A stretch of 64,000 bases of DNA from Antedon mediterranea (taxonomy: Eukaryota > Animalia > Echinodermata), in NCBI RefSeq assembly GCF_964355755.1, contig NC_092671.1:2480001-2544000 (forward strand), read 5' to 3'. Of this stretch, positions 42,501 to 54,500 are shown in pieces (the stretch's first letter is position 1; each line of letters begins with the position of its first letter). The notes under the pieces were generated by a model. That model had not been told where the DNA came from and did no database searches. It saw only the letters and a list, made by a program, of their open reading frames with translations. Made by a program: the position numbers and the translations under genes.

Positions 42501-45500
42501 AGGTAATAAAACATACGAGAAAGAAAAGAAAGATTGAACATTAAAGAAAGATTGAAATGGAAAAAAAGATTGAAAATGGAACAAAGAATAAAAATGTAAA
42601 AAAAAATGGAACAAAGATTGAAAATAGATTAAAGATTGAAAACGGAACAAAGATTGAAAATAGAAGAAAGATTGAAAATGGAACAAAGACTGAAACTTAC
42701 CAATTCGTAGTTAACTGGTGGAGAACATCCTGTTGCTACCTACAAAATTAAACCAAACAAAAGTTTAACAAACAGAAATGAAACCTACTATCATTATGAC
42801 ACCAATATCGTGCACAATTAATATATTAATATTAATAACGGATTGCAATAAGTACTGTTGAATGAAGAGTAAACCAACACTCACTGGAACGGAATGCCTG
42901 CAGCAAAAATAAAATCCAAATTAAATGAAACAACAGCGATATATTTACAACGAACAAAAGCCGATGGCAAAGTAATAAAAAGTTATTTTAAAGTTTTGAT
43001 GAAACAGAAGAATACTGGAAAACTTGCCGACAATTCTCACAAGTTTATTCACATTAAAACAAGTTTTCTATGTAGTGTATCTTACCTAGATACTAGTGGA
43101 AATAAGATAGAGATACTTGGTAGTTAAGCAAACACTCAATTGCTATTTAAATAACGCTATGTATGAAAGTATCCCTGATGGGAAATATCTGCTTTGTAGG
43201 GTTTCACTATTCCCTACGGGCTTTTAAAAAAACAACCTACAACACCACATTTCTCTGAAATATATTATCAAATTATGGAGATTAACCTATAAAACATAAT
43301 TAGTATGGTTTACGTGAGTTTTGCACTTGAATAAAACTAATGGATTTTTAATCCAGTATATAAAAGAGATTAATGGATTAGTTTTTATCTCTTATATTAG
43401 CATGTTCAATGAAATAAAAATTGTTTTAATTAACGAACATTTATTACTAATAACTGCATCCATCAGCCTTTCTTATACATAAAGTAACAAACAAATTCAT
43501 ATGAATATGATTATTTTTGTTCTCCTAATCTGTCTATCATATGTATTTTTATTGTTGGAAAAATAAATGAAATAAAAAGTCTTCAGATATACAGTACCAT
43601 ATATGACCAAATACAGTCCCAGTGGGCTTGGAAATCAAATGTTTGGGCCATAGCCAGAGGGTTAGTGTAGCCTTTTCAAACTAGACAAAGTATGACAAAG
43701 TATGGTAAATAAGGCTAACTAGCCTAGCTTATGATGATGTTTGCCCCTTTTGTGGAAAGCGGAAGACCACACCAACAACATCCCCCTTTCACCCCTGTAA
43801 ACATCCTGACTACAGGCTTGGTTGGATTGCATCATCACTGGCAAATTGAGGGGGTGGGGTTATACTCACACATGGGACTATACAGGGGGTGGGGTTATAC
43901 TCACACATGGGACTATACAGGGGGTGGGGTTATACTCACACATGGGACTATACAGGGGGTGGGGTTATACTCACACATGGGACTATACAGGGGGTGGGGT
44001 TATACTCACACATGGGACTATACAGGGGGTGGGGTTATACTCACACATGGGACTATACAGGGGGTGGGGTTATACTCACACATGGGACTATACAGGGGTG
44101 GGGTTATACTCACACATGGGACTATACAGGGGGTGGGGTTATACTCACACATGGGACTATACAGGGGGTGGGGTTATACTCACACATGGGACTATACAGG
44201 GGGTGGGGTTATACTCACACATGGGACTATACAGGGGGTGGGGTTATACTCACACATGGGACTATACAGGGGGTGGGGTTATACTCACACATGGGACTAT
44301 ACAGGGGGTGGGGTTATACTCACACATGGGACTATACAGGGGGTGGGGTTATACTCACACATGGGACTATACAGGGGGTGGGGTTATACTCACACATGGG
44401 ACTATACAGGGGGTGGGGTTATACTCACACATGGGACTATACAGGGGGTGGGGTTATACTCACACATGGGACTATACAGGGGGTGGGGTTATACTCACAC
44501 ATGGGACTATACAGGGGGTGGGGTTATACTCACACATGGGACTATACAGGGGGTGGGGTTATACTCACACATAGGACTATACAGGGGGTGGGGTTATACT
44601 CACACATGGGACTATACAGTACACATTGATGATATGGCATTACATTTTGAAAATTACCTTTTCATAGTAACCAAAAATATTTTCATAGACATATCTTGGA
44701 GACAACATACATAAGGAGACATGGTATCAAATTTAGAAAATGAATTCCGCAAGAAATTTAAAACAGTTACAACTCATGAGGTGGTCATTGTCAGTTTATA
44801 ATTAACCCTATTGACTGGACTCTAGAGGGGGTATAATATTCATACCAACAGTTGTCAGACTTAATATGTATTTTGCTGACTAAATACACCCTTTAATAGG
44901 GTTGTTGTACCCATGGAGAACCCAACCAATGTCTTGTTTTGTACTTGATCTTAAGTTCAACGTATCCCTTGGTGTTCTACCTAATTGTTTGTTAAATTTT
45001 CATAAAGTAGGTGAATGCGTCCTAATTTACGCTGGTGATAAGACGATGTTTTGTTATTCAAAATAATGGTTTTCCTTTCAAATTTGTATAAAATAACTTT
45101 GTTGTATATAAAATTAAAATAATGCCTGTGGATAGGGCATCCCAAACAAAGAAGAAATACTTATTTCATTCATAAAATCATATAATATCTGGGTAGAAAT
45201 CAAAAACCAATTATTTAAAAATAATATTGCCAACAAAAGTATGCAAAAGCTAATGGTATATTCATCTTTAGTAAATATTATTCTTCAATATATCCCAGTG
45301 ATATAAATATATACGTAATTAAGGACATAAAAAGATAAGAACATACTTAAATGATGCAATACAACCAATAGGAACTAATAATGAAGTGACAACAACAATA
45401 TAGGCTGAGGTCACGTAAAAACAAGCAGCAACGAATATGAACAGATTAACAACTAAACCTATTGCACCAATAGATAGTACATACAATCCAACATACAGGT

Positions 45501-48500
45501 TGGAAAAAACAAAATTGTTGTACAAACGTGTAAAGCGATTATAACAAATTCAACTCTAACGCAAATGCAAAGCTTTAATCTCTTAATTAATAATTACAGA
45601 GAATCGGACACAGAACAGTCAGAAAATGTAAGCTTGGTCGTAAAGTACACAACGTTTATATAACGAGTTTTCTTTAATCAAGTCATGTTTGCCGCAGATG
45701 GAATATTTCATGTAAATGTACTGGATATATTCAGTTATGACATATGCGTTGTCAACATATATTTTAGCAGTTTTATGCTATTGTAGTCCATCCATTTACT
45801 ATTACAGCTCTTTGGCTGTATTAAATTAAATTCAATCTTTTATTTTGGAATTTCTGGTCCACAAATATTAACAAAAGTATGTATCAATTAAAAAAAAATA
45901 ATCTACTGACTGTACTGTATTACCATAAGACATGCTCTTATCTCAGCATGCTATTCCACCGAAAATAACCATTCTATTCACAATTAAAGCTATTAGCGAA
46001 ATGTACAAATTCTCCAAATCAATGAAGACTTTAAGGAAATCCTATATCTATTGACTTTAAGTGAAAGACTTGTATTTATAGGAAAGTATGTCATTCAGAC
46101 ATGTGATTGGTCAATACAGCTATATAATACTAGGATAAAGAAACACTCACTACACGCTATTAACCTCTGTAGGAAGTTCTCATCTATTTTTACATGCATT
46201 TTAACAGTTTTTCAATTACTTTCTATAAAATGTATCAAGATGACTGGCGGTAAAAGAATTTTGTGATTCTTTGAAATTAATATTTAAATGGCTGGTCAGC
46301 CTGTAGGCAAGCAGCTGCTTAGGTACGGTTTCAAAAAGCCACCTTCAACACCTCCCTAAATGGCATTTCATCCACCTGACAAAGGCTAGAAATAAAAGGC
46401 CTAGAAGCATAAACGTAAGGTATATTAACAACCATTTTTATTTCTTGTCGTACACTTCGTATTAACTTGGAAGTTAAACTTTTTCAGCCTTCGGACTGTT
46501 GCTTGTTGTAAATAAATAATACAAAAATTAAACTTTAATGTACTATACCCTTTTCACATCATTGTTCCTGTTATTCATGCTTTATACCGAAATAAATAAA
46601 TAAGAAATACATACATTTACAATTGCCGTTTCACACACTGGGGCGAACACATACAAAACGCTATGTATGTAAACTTTGGAATTTTATTAGAAGTGAAATC
46701 TACTGTAAATAAGTTCTGCATTTTATTGTTTTTTTTTATATATAAATATCAAATATGTTTTATTTTAATGTAATTTTAATTTTAATGTAATTTCAATTGT
46801 TGTTCAGTAATTTTTAATGCAAGCAATGGAATTTTTAAAAAATGGATATAAGAATAAAGTTTGAATCTTGAATATGGTATTACAGTACATGTCAAAACTG
46901 TTAAGTACTAAATTCCATACTTATTAAAGCTCAAAGAACCAATATTTAAATCCACTTCAATTTTGCTATTTTGTCGACAGATTACTATAATAACTTGAAA
47001 TAATTGGGGATATTTTATATCATAAATCACACATCCTCAAGTCATATGCAATTTGATATGAAAAGCTTTTTGAAATCGGCAAAAGAAAAACAGCATATTC
47101 ACGTATCAATACTGGAAAAAAAAGCTTGTTTATTATTTTGTTTTAAATTTGAGAATGTGACCTGGCAGGTCATATATCAATTGTTTTGAAAATTTATGTT
47201 TATTATGGTTACTGTTTTATAGTGAATGCATTTTAGCTGCAAGCCCAAATGCAAACCACTACATTAATGATGTTGAACAGAATGCGTTTAAAATTTGATG
47301 TGTCATGATACTTTACACAGCTAATGATGACATAAACACGAGTAGTGATGACATCATACAAATCATAACACAATGTTAATGAATGTGGACATGGGGTATT
47401 ATCACACTATTTTTAAAGTATGCATAATTAACATTAATAATGATTATCTTAGGAAACATGATATAACCATGTGTGAATCAAAGGTGACACTTCTCAACAT
47501 TTCCTCTTTTTAATACCATCTTTTAATATTTTTAATTTCTCTTACACATAAATTAAAATAATGAAGGGCAGGGGAAAGATGAAAATTAATTAAATTATCT
47601 TTTTAATTGGCTAAATACAGAATAATTTCATCATTTTTCAAAGCTTTTACCTAGGCTAACAGGAAGAATATAAACATGGACTAATAAGGGAGAGAGGTAT
47701 GTTCGTGTGGATTCCAGACATACCATTTATACTGGAGTCTTTCCACAGATGAGCCTAGCCTATGGTTTTATAAGTAACATCATGTTTTGGTCTCATAGGT
47801 AGAGCCAGAGGCTGTCGCTAAATGAATTATATTTTAAGGACAGGTCAAGCTATTGGATCTTAAGGGTGTCCCAGTCAATTTTTCCAAGAAACTGGAATGA
47901 CCATGTTGTCTAAGTTTGATAAATTGAGAAGCAAAGTTGTAAAAGTAGAAGATGTGGTACCTGCATGCTATTATTAAATTATAATAAAGTTTCATGATTT
48001 GATTTATTCAGTTCTAAACATGAATACAATGACACAAAAAATGGGAGTAAAAAAACGAAAAATAATTGTTATATGAATTGCATTTAATTCTTGAGAAATG
48101 CTTATGTTTATACACAAAGGGCTGCTACTTACTACTACTTACTGTATCGGTTTAGTTGTATAATATCTCTATGGTTTAGTTATTTTTTAAATATGACATG
48201 AAAAAAATAAAAATATTTATATTAATTTAAATTGAATGAACCTATCAGGGGCAGCAGATGCGTGCTACCACCTTTTGACAGCTGAAATGAAATTATTAAT
48301 TATTTGCTATCTATTTTTGACAGATATTAGTACCTGTAATATTATGCTAGCACTTCCCTGTTTAAAAAATCCTGAATAAAATAAAATAATATAATTATAT
48401 GTAATTGAGATTGAGATTCTTTATTCATCGTCATATAAATACATACATGATATGCAGTTTCCTGGGTATAAAATTCAAGACAAGATAATAAATACAGCTA

Positions 48501-51500
48501 CAAAACAAACATGACATAAAAAGTGAAACAGTACAATAAGTACAATAAGTAACAGATAATTAAATAATTGGTTATAGAAAAATATATACTATTTATGCTA
48601 TTTATGTAATTGATAATATTATTACTATTAAACAAGCTTTGTGACATTATTTCTGAGTCACAAATCTTCAAATGACAAATATACTAATTCAAAACAATCA
48701 TCAATAACATTTACAGAATAAACATAAAAATATATATTCAAAATAAAATCTTTTTACTGTTGACTTTAATATTGGTGATTAAAAAAAATGTTTTTTTATA
48801 TGGCTCATGCATTGAAAATTCTGTAAATATTTACATATGGTATGATATTTATACAACACCTACAACCCATTATTAACAAAAACAAGCAATGATACGTTGG
48901 TGTAAAATTAAAATCTAACAAATACAAATATCAAATGACATTTTGAATGAACTGACAGCAACTTTCTGGCAATTTCTGTTGGTTAATTAGCAGACGACAT
49001 CCTGTCACTGAGATATTTATTCGTCACAATTCATGAAACTTTGATAAGATTAACAGCTGGTTGGAATTTCGTAAAACCAGCGTTTGGTGACATTTCCACA
49101 AAATAGCTTTTACCTTACTAAGCCTATTGGATGTTATAATCCTTTATGAGTCATTTATTAATCAGTATTATAATTAATAATGTCATTAATGTAGTATTTA
49201 ATGTACTATTTGTATCAGATATCAACTAATAATGATTTTTATTACATGATATTTATAATAATTTATTTGTAAGAGTCACTTTTTGAAACGGTTTCATGCT
49301 TTATATCCAGATTTAACCAATATTTTAACTAAAAATTGAGTTAATTAACTAAAAAATAATTTAAAGAATAAAGAAAACTTAGATTAACGTATAAAAATTA
49401 ATTAAATACAGGATTGCACTTTAACCTACAACCAATTATATATGGTACTGTTATTATAATAAATAAATAAGTTTGATGATATTAAAATAATATAAACAAA
49501 TTTGTTTCAAATATCAAATGATATTTATGATGATTTGACAAACAATACATTCTGGCAACTTCTATTGGGTAATTAGCAGACGACATTCTGTGGAACTATT
49601 TTTATAAATATTATATTATATATATTATTCTCTCTAGTTTGTACTACTACTAGCGGTATTCATGATTTATAATAAAGTACTTTTAACTTTATTATCTAAA
49701 ATATGTTGAAAACTTTAGTTTCAATAATTCACATTCCTAGAAATATCCTACACTGTTTATGGGCCTGTTTCTGCTGAGCAGAAATAATCGATTATTAACC
49801 GTTTATTTTTTTAATCGATTATTTTTGGGCAGCAGAAACGGCGCAAAATAAAATAACCGATTAAAAATAACCGATTAAAAACACTCAATCCATTGCGTGT
49901 TTTAATCGATTATTTCTTGTTTTAACCGATTATTGCGGAGCAGTTTTGAGCTGCAACACAAATAGCGATTATTGACCTCACTTTGACCTCTAGAGTATGA
50001 CAAACTTATTCACGTCACAAAGCATGCTGTTTATTTGCGCGATATCGACGACGATCAGCAAAACCACGATCGCGATGTAGGGTAGACCGAATAACAATCA
50101 AATGTTAAACATTTGATTTTTATTATTTTGTGGGGGAGAATTATACCGAGAGACTCCGGGATTCTGTGTTACAAGTACACCCGTTACATACCACCAGTTC
50201 AGGCTAACGATGTTTTACATGTCATTTGTTAGGCCTGTTGTCTGTTGACTTGTTTCGGTAGAAATATATAGCCTCTAGGCTAGGCCCTAGCAGGCTGAAG
50301 GTAGAACCAACGAACGGCGAAACGAACTTTTTTCGCCGACGTGTCCTTATTAATATAACATCATTATTCTGTTGTATGTGGTACGGTAGTAGGCCTAGAT
50401 GTTTATTTTACAAATAATATAGCTTTACGTAAGAGTAATTTTTAATCGTAGGTCTACATGTGAGAGTTTTAGGCAGCGATAGGATGTAAACAAACCAACT
50501 CTCATCGGCCTTTCATAACTTGAACTGCGCTGTGGGGGAATGATGACGTGATTTTAAAAACCGATTACCTGAATAACCGATTAAAGTCGTAGCAATTTTC
50601 AATTGCAACGCGATTATTTTTGTGGTTTGCGGTGACTGGAAAAAATCGATTATTTTTATTTTTTCAGCAGAAACAGACCCTATGAAATCTAAGCCACAAC
50701 TTTCAAAATGGTCTAAAAATAGACATTATCTAACCTCATAGAAATGAACTCCATTGAAACAGGAATATTGATGATATGAAGAGGATGATGATGATTATGA
50801 TGATGGTGATATGATAATGATTATGATCAAGATATTATGATGATGACAATGACAATGGTGAAATGATGATAATTATATGATTATAATAATGATAATTACA
50901 ATAAAGGTGAAGATAAATTGTTGTGAATGTTATGAAAAATTGACAATTATTTAAAAGTTTTAAAACACATATTTAAATTTATGATGACAACCAAATAAAA
51001 GTACATAAATATCTTAAAAGTTAAATGTTCATTTTAATAAAGATCCCTATCAGTGCCCCTAACCTTGAACACAAAGGTATTTCACTTGTTTATAAACAAG
51101 TTATCATCTGGGAAAATTTATAAAAAGTTATAGGTGACAAGGGTTGTACCCAAGCAGACATCTGATATCAATCAAACTATCACACTTTTCATCTCATATC
51201 CATTAAAAAAAAATTATTTAATGAAAAAGTTCACTGATGAAAGAAAGAACACTCAGATTTGTAAGTTCTACTTTACTGATAAAAGAAGAAGCACTGAGAT
51301 TTGTAAGTTCTTCTGATGAAAGAAGAAGCACTGAGATTTGAAGTTCTTGTAATGACCTTTTGATGACTTGACATATAGACTCAGAAGGAATTTCTAGCAA
51401 GCTCATTCATCTGGTTTAATTGACATGGAGAACATTCTGTTAAACACCTTTTAGGTAAAAAGGAAATTGTTTCAAACACCATTTGCTCATTGTGTTACAT

Positions 51501-54500
51501 TAATTAGAAGAAGATGAAATAACCAGATTGTATAGTAACAAATGGATAAAAAATATCAACGGTGGTTCCAGGGCATTCTGTTTATTTTTTAATACTAAAA
51601 TGAAATTAATAACTACTTTTTGATACAAGAAATCTTATTGGTCGACTTTAAATGGAAATTTGTGCTTTGCTTTGTATAATCATGGAGTTATGCCTCCATA
51701 GTATAATTAAGACAAAACAACTATAAAGAAAAATACAAAAATGCTATGCCAATGTTAAAAGTACTGCTAATAGGTAGTTTTGACAGAATAGTAATATTAT
51801 ATATTTAATAGTCATTTAAATAATCCTGGATCCGCCTGGAAAAGTGAACATTTACAAAAACTCTTTATAAGACATATTTTGAAAAAATCTAAAATTTAAA
51901 TAAAAACATTACAGCTTTAAGTTGACAAAACTTACTGCTTTGCAGCCCTTTAACAGTTATACATCAAGTAGTTAAAATCTATGCTCACTTTTTATAGTCA
52001 TATTATTTTTGTAAACATGGCCTTTTCTGTCTAGTATTTTATAATACATTACTGTAATGAACAAAGTAGAAACATATTGAGTAATGTTTCGCCTCAGAGA
52101 TCTTTGTTTGAAATCTAAATGTTAAAGGTTCACAGCAAATATCTATTTAAGATTTGCTAATTTTGAGAAAGTATGAAGATCTCCTCGTACCCCTTCTTGA
52201 AAATAAAAGTCTGGTTAAACAAAAAAAGGGTGTGTCTATTTTTTTTATAAAGTAGCATTATTTATAAACCAACTAAAACTGAAATGTATTTAATAAAATA
52301 TTCATGTACCATCTCAAGTTCAATATTGGAAACAAGAAATAAATATTTAAAATCTTATTAAAACTAAGGGATAGAGTATAATTTGACTTTCAAAAGAACT
52401 TATGATGATTATAGACCAGTGAGTTGTAAAATTATTATACAACTTCCTCAATAGACATGGATAAAATGACGCATTTTTACTAATTTATTTTAGTTTAAAA
52501 AAATTAAATGTCAGCATGAAAATAAAATATTTTTTAATTAATCTGACATGAAAGCACTATGTTGATAGAAACAAACTGGTACAAATTCCAAGCACATGGA
52601 ATAGGTGGATAGACATGCTGGATGCTTTAGGCTACTAGGAACCATTATCTTGTAAGGTAACACCATCAATTAACAAGAGCAGGGCTATTAATTATCAGAA
52701 ATCTGTATAAGTTACCTTCTAAAAATAGTAAGTAAAAAGTACAGTAATCATGATCATAAATAAACTAAAACTAGGATCTAGTACTAGCCTAGTTCTAAAG
52801 TTTCTTGAGTTTTTAATATCAGTAGTAATTATAGAACCTATTTTTTTAAAGTACACATTTATAAAGAAGGCTATAATTATATGTTTATTGCCAAACGAAT
52901 TTAGAAAAAAAAGAAAAAGTTTATTTTGCTTCCAGTAAACTGGTCAAACAGGGGAATGGACTATTTTAAAATATATTTACTAATTCTATCTTAAGTATTG
53001 AATGGCAAAACAAATTAGATAAAAAAAAGTAAAAGGTAAAAGTTAAGTTTGGATGTCGGCATTGCACTAAAAAATGTCATTGGTATACAAGAAACTTATC
53101 TTTCTAATCTTCAGAATAAGTACAGACAGTAGTTTTGGAAGTTGGAACATGCATGGATACCTCTATGATGGTTAGAACTAATACTAATAACTAATAATAA
53201 TATATTAAGTGATATATACCTTTACATCCGACCAGTTTACATACACAAAACAGAAAATTTATCCTCAGGTGATGATAATATATCCAACACGACAGTTAAA
53301 ACAATTCCGCTGCAGATAACCATAAAGTTCAATAATAAAATACCAACGAAGATGATCACAACAAGTTTATGGTTACAAGTTCCATATCACATAAAGTTGT
53401 TGAGATGAAACTTGTCAGTTGCCAGTAATCAACGATGAAGAAACGAGATGGTTTAGATATCAAGCCTAATAAAATGTTGTCGGAAATGGTCCTTGAAGAT
53501 ATGGAATACCTGCTTAGTCCTCCAGTAGCAGATTCTAAAATAGGACATTTTCATATCTGAGGTCTAGTCAACCACACTGTGTGTTGTGATTGGAAAATGT
53601 ATCGGAAGATTCCATTCAAGTGATGGGTAATATACAAATTGAAGCATACAATACAAATAGATCATTTCTGTTTGAGTGATGTCACACTAAAGGAAAGGAA
53701 GTTTTCATAGTCTTTATGACTATATCAATATTTTTCATGTCATTGTTTCGTTTCATAGTAATTATTATTTAGAAAAACAATTACAGATGAAATAAATTCA
53801 ATTATATAATTGATTAAATATTTTAGTTTGGACAAATAATCTAAATAAATAAAAGAGATAATTAATCTTGAGAATTGTAGAAACTTCGGGCCAATTAACC
53901 TTGAAAATTTAAGAAAAATAAACTTATTAAAAAGTCTAGTTAAACAATATAAATTAACTATAAAGTAAATAATTATCTTTATTTAAATTTGTTATACTAT
54001 TGATTAATTTTCTTTTGTTTATTTGTTTGTATATATTTTTAGGAAAAATAATGATTTATAACCATTTTTTTTTTTCAAAAATAAAATGTAAATAATATTG
54101 TTGTATAGTATGATTTACCATTACCAACTGTTGATTTTTGCTTGTATATTATATGTTATATTTTACGACTTTCAGCCCTGTTAATGGTGACGTTTGGTCA
54201 CTGTAGGGTGATGATGAAATAAAATAAAAAATAAAAAAAAAAAATTAGTCAGTTGAAAAAAAACCTTAAATTTATCTTGGATTTAAATCCTTTCAAATTG
54301 TAATTATTATGTAGTGGTAGATAAAAAAGATAGAATTTTTTAAACTTTTATTAAAAACAAAACTAAGGAAAGGATGTCCATTTTATAAAAAATAGCATTT
54401 AATAAAAACTATTCTGAATGAAATGTACTATATCAATAAAAATTGATAAATATTTATGTGGAAACAAAAGATAAATATTTAAATTCTTATATAAATCAAA

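Noticed and set aside
43731-44714. Three long plus-strand ORFs (327/250/246 aa)
   Set aside because: By-product of a stop-free 35-bp minisatellite; the unit length is not a multiple of 3 and there is no splice context.
48925-49590. Short local duplications (about 48925-49008 vs 49510-49590; also 52230-52365 vs 54370-54500, and 32100-32830)
   Set aside because: Diverged AT-rich intronic duplicates with no coding, TIR or RNA-structure signal that I could support.
51232-51348. CTGATGA motifs suggesting hammerheads or C/D boxes
   Set aside because: No stem II followed by GAAA and no closing stems; simple tandem repeat.
53220-53700. GC-richer block ending in AAG/gtatat (possible alternative tensin first exon)
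   Set aside because: No ATG-led frame reaches the donor in a usable phase; it could be UTR but the sequence alone cannot support it.
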